From an uncultured Nitrospiraceae bacterium (GTDB lineage: Bacteria > Nitrospirota > UBA9217): 64,000 nt of DNA. Shown here in pieces: positions 1 through 11,165 of this stretch (its first letter is position 1; each line of letters starts with the position of its first letter). The stretch spans positions 5,815 through 69,814 of the forward strand of contig CAYUSP010000009.1 in assembly GCA_964447405.1 (NCBI GenBank), read 5' to 3'. The translations under genes and the position numbers were made by a program. The notes beneath the pieces are model-generated. The model searched no databases. It worked only from the letters and a program-made list of their open reading frames with translations, and had not been told where the DNA came from.

Positions 1-1
1 G

Positions 2-940
2 GTGCATGAGGTGCTGCTGCCCGCGCTCAGGCACCTCCATGCAACGCTGAAAAACCGGGAGACCGAGTTTGCCGGGATCGTCAAGACCGGACGGACCCAT
101 CTCATGGATGCCATGCCAATAACTCTTGGACAGGAGATCAGCGGCTGGGCCTATCAAGTATTTCAGGGCATCGAGCGGATCGAGTCCACTCTGCCCCGCC
201 TGGCAGCACTTGCCATCGGCGGGACGGCTGTCGGGACCGGGGTAAACGCACCAAAGGAATTCGGTGCAATCGTCGCAAAAAAGCTTGCCGGCCGCACCGG
301 CCTGCCCTTCTTCGAAGCTGACAATCATTTCGCGGCCCAGGCGACCATGGACACGGCGGTCGAACTTTCCGGCCAGTTGAAGGCCACAGCCTCGTCATTC
401 ATAAAAATGGCCAACGACTTACGCTGGATGAACAGCGGGCCGATCGCAGGACTTGGTGAGATCGCACTGCCCTCACTCCAACCGGGATCAAGCATCATGC
501 CGGGCAAGGTGAATCCTGTGATGTGCGAAATGATGATGATGGTCTCGGCCCAGGTCACCGGCAATGATGCCGCTATCACCCTGAGCAACTCGCACGGCAA
601 TTTCGAGCTGAATGTGATGCTTCCGGTGATTGCGCATAACCTTATCCAGTCGATCACCATCCTCGGGAACGCATCAACATTATTCGCGGACCAGGCGATT
701 GCGGGTTTTACCGTGAACAGCGGACGCATCTCGTCCCTGCTGAACAAGAATCCGATATTGGTGACCGCATTGAATCCGGTCATTGGCTACGATAAAGCAG
801 CCCAGATCGCTAAAAAGGCATATGCGGAAGGCCGCGCACTCCAGGATGTGGCAGCAGAGATGACAGATTTATCAAAAGAAGAACTGGACCGCCTGCTTGA
901 CCCCCGTCCTATGACCAGAGGCGGGATCGCGGCAACATAG
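2..940 (+). CDS. fumC: class II fumarate hydratase, C-terminal ~310 aa (5' end lies outside the window)
   Basis: The ORF is open to the window edge. It carries the lyase-1 signature GSSIMPGKVNPVMCE (PGK...CE as in FumC rather than AspA). It sits directly upstream of sdhCAB. Confidence 0.8.
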   Translation: MHEVLLPALRHLHATLKNRETEFAGIVKTGRTHLMDAMPITLGQEISGWAYQVFQGIERIESTLPRLAALAIGGTAVGTGVNAPKEFGAIVAKKLAGRTGLPFFEADNHFAAQATMDTAVELSGQLKATASSFIKMANDLRWMNSGPIAGLGEIALPSLQPGSSIMPGKVNPVMCEMMMMVSAQVTGNDAAITLSNSHGNFELNVMLPVIAHNLIQSITILGNASTLFADQAIAGFTVNSGRISSLLNKNPILVTALNPVIGYDKAAQIAKKAYAEGRALQDVAAEMTDLSKEELDRLLDPRPMTRGGIAAT

Positions 941-969
941 CAGCGCATCATCGCCAGAGGAAGATAATC

Positions 970-1647
970 ATGGTGCTCCCCACCTCAACAGTCGGCAAAA
1001 AGATCATGATGGCGATCACGGGCCAGGTGCTCGTGTTCTTTATCCTCTTCCACATCGTTGGGAATTCCACGATCTTTTTCCACAGACTCAATGCCTATGT
1101 TGTCGCGCTGCATACCCTCCCCATCATCGTCTGGGGCGGGCGAGCCGCGCTCATCGCTGCTTTCCTTCTCCATATCTGGTACGGGACCGTGCTCAAGCTG
1201 GAGAACTATTCAGCGAAACCTGATGCGTATGCAATCTCACACTTCCGCAGCGCTACGCTAGCGGGTCGATATCAGATCTGGAGCGGAGCAATCATCGGCG
1301 GATTTCTGATCTATCATCTGCTCCAGTTCACGATCCGGGTCACGAATCCCGCCATCTCCGCGGACACGCATCTGGACTCGCTGAACAGGCCCGATGTGGC
1401 GATGATGGTGGTGCGGACGCTTCAAGAAGCGGGCATTGCCGGGATATACCTGCTGGCGCTCTCGGCCCTGGGCCTGCATCTTTCGCACGGTATTCAGAGT
1501 TCCTTCCAGAGCTGGGGCTTGAACAATGACCGGATGCTGCCCATCATTAAAAGAACAGGAACGGTAATATCCATCATTTTGTTTTTGTGGTACATCGCGA
1601 TACCGGCAGCGATTTTGACGGGGTTACTGCGAAAATCAGGCCATTAA
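970..1647 (+). CDS. sdhC: succinate dehydrogenase/fumarate reductase cytochrome b subunit (type B, about 5 TM helices)
   Basis: Hydrophobic 225-aa ORF with several conserved His in predicted helices. GAGGAAG lies upstream of the ATG. Its position before sdhA/sdhB matches Bacillus/Wolinella-type operons. Confidence 0.75.
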   Translation: MVLPTSTVGKKIMMAITGQVLVFFILFHIVGNSTIFFHRLNAYVVALHTLPIIVWGGRAALIAAFLLHIWYGTVLKLENYSAKPDAYAISHFRSATLAGRYQIWSGAIIGGFLIYHLLQFTIRVTNPAISADTHLDSLNRPDVAMMVVRTLQEAGIAGIYLLALSALGLHLSHGIQSSFQSWGLNNDRMLPIIKRTGTVISIILFLWYIAIPAAILTGLLRKSGH

Positions 1648-1696
1648 CCATTACCGCACCCTTGCGGTTCAAGCCTTATGGCTTTAGGTGAATTTC

Positions 1697-3610
1697 ATGA
1701 TCCTCAACAGTAACATACCCTCAGGCCCCCTGCATGAGAAGTGGGACAAGCGCAAGCAGGAAATGAAGCTCGTCAGCCCCGCGAACAAGCGCAAGTACCG
1801 CATCCTCGTGGTCGGCACCGGCCTCGCGGGCGCGTCCGCCGCGGCAACGCTGGGCGAACTCGGCTACCAGGTTGACGCTTTCTGCTTCCAGGACACGCCC
1901 CGCCGCGGCCACAGCATCGCGGCGCAGGGCGGCATCAACGCGGCAAAGAACTATCCCAGCGATGGGGACAGCATTTACCGCCTCTTTTATGATACGATCA
2001 AAGGCGGGGATTTCAGGGCGCGCGAAGCGAACGTATACCGACTCGCGCAGGTGAGCTGCAACATCATCGACCAGGCAGTGGCCCAGGGCGTTCCTTTTGC
2101 CCGTGACTATGCCGGATATCTGGACAACCGCTCGTTCGGCGGCGCCCAGGTCTCCCGGACCTTTTATGCACGGGGCCAGACCGGACAGCAGCTGCTGCTC
2201 GGCGCGTACGGTGCGTTGATGCGCCAGGTCAAGATCGGCACGGTCACGCTCCATCCGCGGACCGAGATGCTTGATCTCGTTGTCGTAGATGGCGCAGCAA
2301 AAGGGATCACCATCCGCGACCTCGTGAGCGGCAGGATCACCTCCTTTGCAGGAGACGCGGTCTGTCTCGCAACAGGCGGCTACGCCAATGTCTTTTACCT
2401 CTCCACGAACGCGGTCAACTCCAACGTGACTGCCGCATACCGGGCGTATAAGAAAGGCGCCTTGTTCGCGAATCCCTGCTTCACCCAGATCCATCCCACC
2501 TGCATACCCGTGTCCGGCGATCATCAGTCCAAACTCACGCTCATGTCCGAGTCCCTCAGGAACGACGGCAGAGTGTGGGTGCCGAAGGACAAGAGCGACA
2601 AGCGGTCGCCAAAGGACATCCCCGAATCCGAACGCGATTATTTCCTCGAACGGAAGTACCCGGCTTTCGGCAACCTGGCGCCGCGCGACATCGCCTCCCG
2701 CGCTGCGAAAGAGGTCTGCGATGACAACAGGGGCGTGGGGCCCGGAGGCCGCGGCGTGTACCTGGACTTCGCGGATGCCATCAAGCGACTAGGCGAGGAC
2801 ACGATCCGGGAGCGCTACGGCAACCTCTTCGAGATGTACGAGCAGATCACCGCGGAGGACGCCTACAAACAGCCCATGCGCATCTATCCCGCCCCTCACT
2901 ACGCCATGGGTGGCTTGTGGGTGGACTACAACCTCGAAAGCACGATCCCGGGCCTGTTTGTCCTGGGAGAAGCGAATTTTTCAGACCATGGCGGAAACCG
3001 TCTCGGCGCCAGCGCGCTGATGCAGGGGCTTGCGGACGGGTACTTTATCATTTCCCATACCATTGCGAACTATCTCGCCCGGATCAGCCCCGGGCTGGTG
3101 TCAACGGCGCATCCCGAGTTCAAAGCATCGATGGAAAACGTCACGACAACCACGGAAAAACTGCTAGCCGTCAAGGGGAACAAGACGGTGAACGAATTCC
3201 ACCGGGAGCTGGGAAGGATCATGTGGGAGCAGGTCGGCATGTCGCGAAGCGAGGCTGGCCTCAAGAAAGCATTGTCGCTCATACCCGGGCTACGCGGAGA
3301 ATTCTGGCAAAATGTGAAAATCCCCGGAAGCGGGCATGACCTGAACCAGGAGCTGGAAAAAGCGGGCCGTGTCGCTGACTTCCTTGAGTTCGGTGAGCTC
3401 ATGGCGCGCGATGCACTGCTTCGCAAAGAATCCAGCGGCGGTCATTTCCGCGTCGAGTACCAGATGCCTGACGGCGAAGCGAAGCGGGACGACGATAATT
3501 ACCGCTATGTGGCGGCCTGGGAGTATCAGGGATTGGGCAAGGATCCGGTTCTGCACAAGGAGCCGCTCGAATTCGAAAATGTGCAGCTGGCTGTGAGAAG
3601 CTATAAATAA
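1697..3610 (+). CDS. sdhA: succinate dehydrogenase/fumarate reductase flavoprotein subunit
   Basis: FAD fold [24 protein letters not shown] and a conserved C-terminal domain. ATG 1697 with AGGTGA 6 nt upstream is preferred over the track GTG at 1688. Confidence 0.95.
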   Translation: MILNSNIPSGPLHEKWDKRKQEMKLVSPANKRKYRILVVGTGLAGASAAATLGELGYQVDAFCFQDTPRRGHSIAAQGGINAAKNYPSDGDSIYRLFYDTIKGGDFRAREANVYRLAQVSCNIIDQAVAQGVPFARDYAGYLDNRSFGGAQVSRTFYARGQTGQQLLLGAYGALMRQVKIGTVTLHPRTEMLDLVVVDGAAKGITIRDLVSGRITSFAGDAVCLATGGYANVFYLSTNAVNSNVTAAYRAYKKGALFANPCFTQIHPTCIPVSGDHQSKLTLMSESLRNDGRVWVPKDKSDKRSPKDIPESERDYFLERKYPAFGNLAPRDIASRAAKEVCDDNRGVGPGGRGVYLDFADAIKRLGEDTIRERYGNLFEMYEQITAEDAYKQPMRIYPAPHYAMGGLWVDYNLESTIPGLFVLGEANFSDHGGNRLGASALMQGLADGYFIISHTIANYLARISPGLVSTAHPEFKASMENVTTTTEKLLAVKGNKTVNEFHRELGRIMWEQVGMSRSEAGLKKALSLIPGLRGEFWQNVKIPGSGHDLNQELEKAGRVADFLEFGELMARDALLRKESSGGHFRVEYQMPDGEAKRDDDNYRYVAAWEYQGLGKDPVLHKEPLEFENVQLAVRSYK

Positions 3611-3620
3611 ATCTTTTTAA

Positions 3621-3716
3621 CCGCAGATGAACACGGATTAACACCGATAACGACAAAAGAACCGTTCTTCATTGCGAATCGTTTATCACTGTGTCCATCT
3701 GTGTTCATCTGTGGTT
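3621..3716. repeat. inverted pair of GTGTTCATC-type repeat units inside the sdhA-sdhB spacer
   Basis: The left unit CCGCAGATGAACACGGATTAACAC is the reverse complement of the motif. The right unit is GTGTCCATCTGTGTTCATCTGTGGTT. Related units occur near 23014-23038 and 59520-59545. Confidence 0.7.
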
Positions 3717-3746
3717 GAAAACTCTGTTGATCTTCAGGAGTTTTAC

Positions 3747-4487
3747 ATGCATCTTACTCTCTACATCTGGCGCCAGAAAGGGCCGAAGGAAAAAGGAACG
3801 CTGCAGCGCTATGAGGCGAAGGACATCTCCTCCGACATGTCATTCCTCGAAATGCTCGACACGGTCAACGAGTCCCTGATCAAAGACAACCGCGAGCCCA
3901 TCGCCTTTGACAGCGACTGCAGGGAAGGAATCTGCGGAGCATGTGCACAGGTGGTGAACGGCATTCCCCAGGGCCCCCAGAAGAAGACCACCATCTGCCA
4001 ACTCCACATGCGCCACTTCAGGGATGGCGACAGCATCTATGTGGAACCTCTTCGCGCCAGGGCTTTTCCGGTGATCAAAGACCTTGTGGTGGATCGCGGG
4101 GCTTTTGACCGCATCATCCAGTCCGGAGGCTATATCTCCGTGCATACCGGCGGTGTGCCTGATGGAAACACGATCCTGGTCCCGAAAAAAGACGCGGACA
4201 CTGCCATGGATGCCTCGGAGTGCATCGGGTGCGGGGCCTGCGTCGCGGCCTGCCCGAATGGTTCCGCCATGCTCTTCACCGCGGCCAAGGTAACACACCT
4301 TGCCGTGCTGCCCCAGGGAAAGACCGAAGCAGCCCGCCGTGTCTGCGTCATGACCGAGGAGATGCTGAACCAGGGTTTCGGCAACTGCAGCAACCATTAT
4401 GAGTGCCAGGCAGTCTGCCCCAAAGGGATTAAGGCGCAGTTCATCGCGAAGTTGAACCGGGAGTTCATCAAAGCGCGGATATCGTGA
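3747..4487 (+). CDS. sdhB: succinate dehydrogenase/fumarate reductase iron-sulfur subunit
   Basis: Cys clusters [21 protein letters not shown] and CQAVCP. ATG 3747 is preceded by CAGGAG. The track start 3672 runs through the repeat element and is rejected. Confidence 0.95.
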   Translation: MHLTLYIWRQKGPKEKGTLQRYEAKDISSDMSFLEMLDTVNESLIKDNREPIAFDSDCREGICGACAQVVNGIPQGPQKKTTICQLHMRHFRDGDSIYVEPLRARAFPVIKDLVVDRGAFDRIIQSGGYISVHTGGVPDGNTILVPKKDADTAMDASECIGCGACVAACPNGSAMLFTAAKVTHLAVLPQGKTEAARRVCVMTEEMLNQGFGNCSNHYECQAVCPKGIKAQFIAKLNREFIKARIS

Positions 4488-4555
4488 TTGGTTTACGGGC
4501 ATTTGCTAGTGCACCTTAAAAGCAATGCAACATCGAATACGGGAGGAATTGAGAC

Positions 4556-5389
4556 ATGAAAAAAGGCCTTCTTTTGACTATGGTGCTTATGGTTACCGCG
4601 CTGTCAGGCATCTGCCAGGCAGAAGATACGATCCGCATAAATGGTTCAGGCAGCGCGCTCGACATGATGAAGCCGCTCATTGAGGCTTACAAGAAGACAA
4701 ACCAGAACATCCGTATTGACATGGAAAAACCGCTGGGTAGCTCCGGTGCCATCAGGGCCCTAGTTGCCGGTGCACTGGACATCGCGGTAAGCAGCAAGCA
4801 GCTCAAACCGGATGAAGCCGCGCTCGGGGCTCAGCAGAAGGAGTACGGCAAGACCCCCCTTGCCATAATCACAGAGAAAACAGTGCCACATTCCAACATT
4901 ACCACAAAAGAGCTTGAAGACATCTACGCCAACAGGATGACTCAGTGGAAAAACGGCGAGAAGATCCGTCTGATCCTGCGTCCCGATGAAGATATAGACA
5001 CCAAAATACTGCGCTCACTTTCCCCCGTCTTGAGCGATGCCTTGACCGCGAATAAATCTCATCCAGGCATGATCGTCGCCATAACCGATCCCGAATCGTA
5101 TTCACTCATCTCCAAGACTCCGGGTGGCATAGGAGCTACGGGACTGACTAGTATTATCGTGGAAAAACTTCCGCTGAATATCCTCAGCCTGAATGGCGTC
5201 AAGCCGACGCCAAAGGCGTTGGCTGACAAAACCTACCCCCTTGCAAAAGAGATCAGCTTTATCACCACTGCCAAGACATCGCCCGCGGCAATGAAGTTTA
5301 TTAGATTTATTTATTCTTCGCAGGGTCGCGCCATCGCCGAAAAGACAGGCGTTCTGGTTACTGCCAAACCTGAAGCGGGCAGCAGGTAG
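4556..5389 (+). CDS. periplasmic PstS-family (PBP-like) substrate-binding protein with no adjacent permease
   Basis: Signal peptide MKKGLLLTMVLMVTALSGICQA, an INGSGS motif typical of PstS-like PBP domains, and a strong RBS GGGAGGA. Confidence 0.65.
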   Translation: MKKGLLLTMVLMVTALSGICQAEDTIRINGSGSALDMMKPLIEAYKKTNQNIRIDMEKPLGSSGAIRALVAGALDIAVSSKQLKPDEAALGAQQKEYGKTPLAIITEKTVPHSNITTKELEDIYANRMTQWKNGEKIRLILRPDEDIDTKILRSLSPVLSDALTANKSHPGMIVAITDPESYSLISKTPGGIGATGLTSIIVEKLPLNILSLNGVKPTPKALADKTYPLAKEISFITTAKTSPAAMKFIRFIYSSQGRAIAEKTGVLVTAKPEAGSR

Positions 5390-5415
5390 TCAGCTCCGGC
5401 GCTTGCAGTAATAGC

Positions 5416-5452
5416 CATAAAAAGGCCGGATCAAATATCTTGACCCGGCCTT
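5416..5452 (-). terminator. rho-independent terminator (possibly bidirectional) between the convergent genes
   Basis: 8-bp GC-rich stem AAGGCCGG/CCGGCCTT. An A-run on the plus strand gives a T-run after the stem on the minus strand. Confidence 0.5.
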
Positions 5453-5497
5453 ATACCCTTCGTTGCATCCAACTATCTGCGATTTGAACGCTTCAGC

Positions 5498-6403
5498 TCA
5501 CACCTGGCTGATGGCAGTAAGCTTCCAGCTGTTGCTCCCGACAGCTCCGGTGAATGTCCAGTACTCTTCAAACTTCACGGGCTCTGTCTTGCTGCCCGCC
5601 ACAACCTCTCCCGTCGCATCATCAATGGTATAGTCCAGAAGGTTGGCCGTAAAAAGGGCCTTAACGTAGTCCATCCCGGATTCCTGCCACGCTTCCACGA
5701 TCTCGACCTTGCGCACCGCGATGTTCTCAAGCTTGTTGCTCTTTTTGTCCTTCAGCAGTTTGTCGATATCTTCCTGGAATATGTTTTTCATCTCATTAGT
5801 CAGAAGGCTGGTGCCCGCAGACAAATTTCTATTTGTCCAGCAACCCTGAATCTTGAAAAAGACATCCATGGCTGTTTCCTTGAAGCGGTTCTCCTCAATT
5901 AAAGGGACAGTGCGGCTCTGATCCACCCCGCTGTCCACGCCAACCGGGAAACTTCCCCGTTCCTGATAGGTTCCCTGCTGCGCTTGTCCTGCGTATGCGA
6001 GGGCTGCATCGCGCCGTTTTTTAGTTACCATGTAATAGATCAGGTAGGCGATGCCCCCGAGCATGATGATCTCGAACATGCCGAATCCGCTTCCCCCTAA
6101 ACCGCCTCCTGCTCCAGCAAAGCCCAGGCTGCTGAAAAGCATGCCGCCCAACAGTCCGCCGAGGATGCCTCCACCCATGCTCCTGAGAAAGCCGCCACCC
6201 GCGGGCTGGGCCGGTGCCTGCGCAGTTTGCTGGCTTGGAGCGCTGGAATAGGACCGGCTCGGAGCACCGGAACTTCTTGAACCGCTGCCGCCGAACGACC
6301 TTCCTCCGCCCGCACGTGCATCAGCATCCTGAACAAATGCGGCTGCGCCGGCGAACAGCATTACCAATATCAACGATAGTACCCAACGATCAGTTCTCTT
6401 CAT
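5498..6403 (-). CDS. Tim44-like domain membrane protein with a Gly/Ser-rich linker
   Basis: N-terminal signal/TM segment, G/S-rich low-complexity region, TM helix FEIIMLGGIAYLIYYMV and a C-terminal Tim44-type fold-like sequence. RBS AAGGAGA. Confidence 0.7.
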   Translation of the reverse strand: MKRTDRWVLSLILVMLFAGAAAFVQDADARAGGGRSFGGSGSRSSGAPSRSYSSAPSQQTAQAPAQPAGGGFLRSMGGGILGGLLGGMLFSSLGFAGAGGGLGGSGFGMFEIIMLGGIAYLIYYMVTKKRRDAALAYAGQAQQGTYQERGSFPVGVDSGVDQSRTVPLIEENRFKETAMDVFFKIQGCWTNRNLSAGTSLLTNEMKNIFQEDIDKLLKDKKSNKLENIAVRKVEIVEAWQESGMDYVKALFTANLLDYTIDDATGEVVAGSKTEPVKFEEYWTFTGAVGSNSWKLTAISQV

Positions 6404-6650
6404 TAGTGTGAATCTCCTTTGCGCATGTTAAAACAACATTAAAGTGCTTTACCTGTTAGTGCACTATACAGTATAAATCCGGACAATGATAGGACAAACC
6501 ACCATATCATGAGCCTCCTATTCAACTCCCCGGAGCTGCAAACGTGGAATCCCATCTAATTTGACAGGGTCCATATATTCGCACAATTTTGTGATAAACT
6601 TGTGTTTGCGCTTCCTGTTAACGACAAACAGTATATTGCATGGGTGCATT

Positions 6651-9600
6651 ATGGAAAATGAAAACCGACCGGGATTTGTGTCCTTGATCAGAAAGAGCGG
6701 CATCGTGCTGGCAATCTGGGCTGTATTCATCGTTCTCATGTTCGCCTATGAAGCAAAGGATCACTGGAAAGATGCCGAGGAAAATGCTCTCATCTCAGCG
6801 CGTTCCCTCATAGAAAAAGATATCATGTACCGCAAATGGAATGCTTTGCATGGTGGAGTATACGCCCCTGTCACCGAGAGTACTCCGCCGAATCCCTATC
6901 TCACCCAGATGCCCGAAAGGGACATTACAACACCGTCCGGCAGGAAGCTTACCCTGATCAATCCTGCCTATATGACCCGTCAAGTGCATGAACTCGAAAA
7001 TACAACGCGCAGCACACGAGGCCATATAACAAGCCTCAAGCTTCTGCGTCCTGAGAATAAACCTGATGACTGGGAAGTCAAAGCGCTCAACACATTTGAG
7101 CAGGGAGCGTCCGAGGCGGCATCTGTTGAGGTCTTGGAAGGGAAAAGCTATATGAGAGTCATGCGCCCCCTCAATGCGGACAAGGCCTGCCTCAAATGTC
7201 ATGCATTTCAGGGATACAAGGAAGGTGAAATACGGGGTGCGATTAGCGCCTCGATTCCCATGCAGCCCTTTAATGTCAGCCTGTATAAGTCCATGCGCAC
7301 AGAGGGCCTGTTGTATCTTTTCTACCTGGTTATTGGTTCCGGGTTGATCATCTCGCGAACACAAAGTGAGGAAAGAAAGAAGCTTGTTTTGAGCCAAAGC
7401 GAAGAGCGCCACCGTATGATGTACAACAATACGCCTGCCATGCTCCACTCGATAGACCGGGACGGGCGATTAGTTAGCGTCAGCGACTACTGGCTGGCAG
7501 TAATGGGTTATGAACGCGAAGAAGTACTCGGACGGCGGTCCTCTGAATTTCTGACAGAAGCTTCTCGCCGCCATGCCATTGAGGTTGTTCTGCCCGAGTT
7601 CATGAAAAGCGGGTCCTGCAAGGACGTGGAATATCAGTTTGTAAAGAAAAACGGGGAAGTCATGGATGTGCTGCTGTCCGCGATATCCGAACGGGATGCC
7701 GGGGGAACGGTGGTACGATCGCTGGCCGTCATTCAGGACATTACAAAACGCAAGCTGATGGAAAAAGCGCGGCTGGAAAGCGAGGAGCGCTACAAGACGT
7801 TGTTCACGCGGGCGGGAGACGGCATTTTCACAATGACGGTGGACGGCAGCCTGGTCGAGGTCAACGATTCCCTGGCCCGGATGCACGGGTACAGCCAACA
7901 GGAAATGCTGCGCATGAATTTGAAGGATCTCGATACGCCCGAAACCACCCGGCAGGTTGCGGATCGGATGCGCCGGCTCCTTGCCGGAGAATCCCTGACC
8001 TTCGAAGTGGAACACTACCACAAGGACGGCCATATCTTCCCGCTCGAAGTGTCAGCCAGCCTTATTAGGTATGGCGACAGATCCTATATTCAGTCTTTTC
8101 ACCGAGACATCACCGAGCGCAAACGGGCCGAGGACGCACTGCGAAAGAGCGAGGAGCGCTTGCATGTCATTCTTGAGTCGACCGCGGACGGCATTCTCGC
8201 TGTCAACGCTGCAGGCAAAACGATTATGACCAACAAGCGATTTGCGGAGCTTTGGCGAATTCCCCAGCCGCTCATTGATGCAGGTGATGACAAGGGCATG
8301 CTGGACTGTGTTCTTGCGCAGCTGACCCACCCCGAGGCATTCATCAATAAGGTGAAGGCTCTGTATAACTCAGCGGAAATCGACCGGGACATTATAGTAT
8401 TTAAGGATGGCCGCACCTTTGAACGATACTCAGCTCCCCTGCGGTATGAGGGTGCCGCAATCGGCAGATTATGGTCCTTCCGGGACGTCACGGAAAAACT
8501 GAAACTCGAAGACCAGCTTCGCCAATCCCAGAAGATGGAATCCGTGGGGACCCTTGCTGGCGGCATCGCGCACGACTTCAACAATATTCTGACCGCTATC
8601 ATCGGTTACGGGCATATCGCACTTATGAAACTGGAGCACGATAATCCCCAGAGGCAGAACATAAAAAACATACTTACCGCCGCGGACCGGGCCACGTATC
8701 TTACCCAGGGACTGCTTGCCTTCAGCAGAAAGCAGATGAGCAACAAGAAGCAGATTGATCTGAACGATGTCATGAAAAAGACCGAGAATTTCCTCAGCCG
8801 CATAATCGGCGAGGATATCGAGTTCAGAACCAACCTGCATGACGCTCCCTTGATGGTTTTTGCCGATCCGAATCAAATCGAGCAGGTGCTGATGAATCTT
8901 GCAACCAACGCACGGGATGCAATGTCCAAAGGCGGGGTCCTGACCGTAGCCATAGAAAGTGCCCGGCTTGGTGAAGAGTTCTCAACCCAGCATGGATTCG
9001 GGAAGCCCGGCTTATATGGAATGATAACCGTGTCCGACACCGGCATCGGCATGTCAGAAGAAATCCAACAGAGAATGTTCGAACCGTTCTTTACGACCAA
9101 GGAAGTCGGAAGGGGCACCGGTCTCGGTCTGGCGATCATCTACGGCATCATGAAACAGCATGAGGGATTCATTACGGTGGACAGCGGACCCGACAAGGGC
9201 ACCACCTTCCGGATGTATCTGCCGATCATTGAATCCGCTGTTTCTGAGACCGTGAAGTCGGAAGAAACAGCATCTCCCGTACGGGGAAAAGAGACGATCC
9301 TCCTGGCGGAAGATGAGGAGACCTTGCGTGAATTGTGGAGATCGGTGTTCGAAGAATTCGGGTATGAAGTGATCGTTGCTGTTGACGGAGAAGATGCGGT
9401 GAAAAAGTTCTCTGAGAATAAAGACCGGATCCATCTTTTCGTGTCGGATCTCATCATGCCGAAAAAGAACGGCAAAGAGGCATATGATGAGATCATACAG
9501 ATGCGGCCTGACATCAAGGCTGTCTTCGCGAGCGGATATTCACCGGATATCGTCAGAAACAGGACAGCCTTGAGAATTACCGCCAGCATCATCTATAAAC

Positions 9601-9665
9601 CGATATCTCCGATGGATCTTCTGAAAAAGGTGCGTTCAGTTCTGGATGAGGGCACGACAAAGTAA
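6651..9665 (+). CDS. hybrid sensor histidine kinase: DUF3365-like haem-c sensor, multiple PAS domains, HisKA, HATPase and a C-terminal receiver
   Basis: A CLKCH motif follows the first TM helix. Repeated PAS S-box segments are present, along with H-box GGIAHDFNN, an N/G1/G2 ATPase motif DTGIGM...GTGLGL and a receiver domain ILLAEDEE...[12 protein letters not shown] 6651 (MENENRPG) is preferred to the track start. Confidence 0.9.
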   Translation: MENENRPGFVSLIRKSGIVLAIWAVFIVLMFAYEAKDHWKDAEENALISARSLIEKDIMYRKWNALHGGVYAPVTESTPPNPYLTQMPERDITTPSGRKLTLINPAYMTRQVHELENTTRSTRGHITSLKLLRPENKPDDWEVKALNTFEQGASEAASVEVLEGKSYMRVMRPLNADKACLKCHAFQGYKEGEIRGAISASIPMQPFNVSLYKSMRTEGLLYLFYLVIGSGLIISRTQSEERKKLVLSQSEERHRMMYNNTPAMLHSIDRDGRLVSVSDYWLAVMGYEREEVLGRRSSEFLTEASRRHAIEVVLPEFMKSGSCKDVEYQFVKKNGEVMDVLLSAISERDAGGTVVRSLAVIQDITKRKLMEKARLESEERYKTLFTRAGDGIFTMTVDGSLVEVNDSLARMHGYSQQEMLRMNLKDLDTPETTRQVADRMRRLLAGESLTFEVEHYHKDGHIFPLEVSASLIRYGDRSYIQSFHRDITERKRAEDALRKSEERLHVILESTADGILAVNAAGKTIMTNKRFAELWRIPQPLIDAGDDKGMLDCVLAQLTHPEAFINKVKALYNSAEIDRDIIVFKDGRTFERYSAPLRYEGAAIGRLWSFRDVTEKLKLEDQLRQSQKMESVGTLAGGIAHDFNNILTAIIGYGHIALMKLEHDNPQRQNIKNILTAADRATYLTQGLLAFSRKQMSNKKQIDLNDVMKKTENFLSRIIGEDIEFRTNLHDAPLMVFADPNQIEQVLMNLATNARDAMSKGGVLTVAIESARLGEEFSTQHGFGKPGLYGMITVSDTGIGMSEEIQQRMFEPFFTTKEVGRGTGLGLAIIYGIMKQHEGFITVDSGPDKGTTFRMYLPIIESAVSETVKSEETASPVRGKETILLAEDEETLRELWRSVFEEFGYEVIVAVDGEDAVKKFSENKDRIHLFVSDLIMPKKNGKEAYDEIIQMRPDIKAVFASGYSPDIVRNRTALRITASIIYKPISPMDLLKKVRSVLDEGTTK

Positions 9666-9873
9666 TACTTTCGGGAGAATTACGCGTTAGCGGCTCACTG
9701 CCTCTTTATCCGCGTTACCCTCTGACAGCATGATAGTAAGATGCGGCTGCGCTACTGTTCTCAGTTAAAATCGTAATTTGACATTGCTATTCGTCCGCTC
9801 CTGTGATATTTATGTCTCTAATCACCCCATAAGCTGTTCCAATAGCGTTGCAAACCACTTTAAGGAGGGTCTC

Positions 9874-11064
9874 ATGAAGCGTCTTGCATTGTTTCTGGTT
9901 CTTTCGTTCCTGTTCGGCCTCACCACAACCACCCTTCACGCAGCTGACACCTTTGACCTCGTCATCCCGCTCCCGCTCACCGGCAAACCGGCCAAATTCG
10001 GCGAGATCATGAAGCGCTCCTACGAGATGGCTGTTGAAGAGATCAACGCCAAAGGCGGCGTGAAGGGCAAGAAGATAGCCCTTTCTTTCGAGGATTCCAA
10101 TGGCAAGCCTGAGACAGCCCGGGCCATCGTCGAAAAGCTGATAGACTCGAAGAAGCAGCCGATTATCGTTGGCGAGTACACCTCGTCCTGCGCCAAGGCC
10201 GTGGCCGCGGTGGCCGAGGAGCGCAAGACCCCCTACCTCATCGTGGCAAGCGCCGACGATGCCATCACGCAGCAGAACTACAAGTACGTGTTCCGTCAGA
10301 ATCAGGTGAACGCGCATTATGCCGATGCCTTTGTAGCCTTTTTGAAAGAGGTGGTGAAACCAAAGACCATGGCCATCCTCTATGAAAGCTCCGCCTTCGG
10401 CACCTCGGGCGCGGACGCCATGGAAACTGACGCCAAGGCGCTCAACATCCAGATCGTAAAAAAGGAAAAGTTTGAGACCGGCGCGATTGACTTCAAACCT
10501 CTTTTGTCCACGGTGAAGGCAGCCCAGCCGGACGTCATCTACACCGTGTCCTATGCCAATGAGGCCCAGCTGATCATGAAGCAGGCCAAGGAGCTCAGGA
10601 TCGACGCCAAGCTTTATGCCGGCGGCGCGGCCGGCTTCGCCATCCCTGAGTTTATATTTGGCGCGGCGGACGCAGCCGAGTACGTTGTCAGCGCGACCCT
10701 CTGGTCACCGCAAGTATCGTACCCCGGCGCAAAGGAGTTTGCCGAGAAGTATAAAGCGAAACACAAAGATTATCCTTCCTACCATGGCGCTTCTGCTTAT
10801 GCTGCAATGTATGTCACCGCCGATGCCCTGACCAGGGCCAAGGATTGGACAGCAGACGGCATTCGCGACGCGCTAAAAGCCACGAATCTCAAGACCGCAT
10901 ACGGCACGGTGAAGTTCGAGGACAAGGAAGGTTATCAGAACCAGAACTTCTCCGAGACATTAGCGATCCAGGTCCAGAAAGGCGAATTTGCGACCATCTG
11001 GCCCAAAGCACAGGCAAGCAAGGCCCCCATCTTCCCGGTCCCGGCGTGGAGAGAAAGGAAGTAA
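9874..11064 (+). CDS. livK: ABC transporter substrate-binding protein, Leu/Ile/Val-binding (LivK/LivJ) family
   Basis: Signal peptide MKRLALFLVLSFLFGL, family-typical GEYTSS and AGGAAGF segments, and RBS AAGGAGGG. It is followed by the permease and ATPase genes. Confidence 0.9.
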   Translation: MKRLALFLVLSFLFGLTTTTLHAADTFDLVIPLPLTGKPAKFGEIMKRSYEMAVEEINAKGGVKGKKIALSFEDSNGKPETARAIVEKLIDSKKQPIIVGEYTSSCAKAVAAVAEERKTPYLIVASADDAITQQNYKYVFRQNQVNAHYADAFVAFLKEVVKPKTMAILYESSAFGTSGADAMETDAKALNIQIVKKEKFETGAIDFKPLLSTVKAAQPDVIYTVSYANEAQLIMKQAKELRIDAKLYAGGAAGFAIPEFIFGAADAAEYVVSATLWSPQVSYPGAKEFAEKYKAKHKDYPSYHGASAYAAMYVTADALTRAKDWTADGIRDALKATNLKTAYGTVKFEDKEGYQNQNFSETLAIQVQKGEFATIWPKAQASKAPIFPVPAWRERK

Positions 11065-11151
11065 CGAGTTCGGAGCAGGGAGTTCGGAGTATAAAGACTA
11101 AACGGCTAGTCGTGCCTTTCACTCCGAACTCCGAACTCAACACTCCGAACT
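11065..11151. repeat. compound inverted repeat built from the tandem word GAGTTCGGAG and its complement
   Basis: GAGTTCGGAGCAGGGAGTTCGGAGT faces ACTCCGAACTCCGAACTCAACACTCCGAACT across a ~30-nt loop in the livK-livH spacer. Confidence 0.8.
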
Positions 11152-11165
11152 ATCACTGGTGATCC

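Noticed and set aside
9778-9810. Sigma-70 promoter for livK (a TTGACA at 9778).
   Set aside because: No acceptable -10 hexamer lies at 16-18 nt spacing, and the best candidates need a 21-nt spacer. It is not reported as a feature.
9778-9873. N-terminal extensions in the ORF track for livK. The same applies to sdhB, the histidine kinase, pckG, tatD, hemE, the CBS gene and others.
   Set aside because: Internal ATGs preceded by good Shine-Dalgarno sequences give N-termini matching family norms or signal peptides. The extensions run through intergenic repeats or upstream genes.
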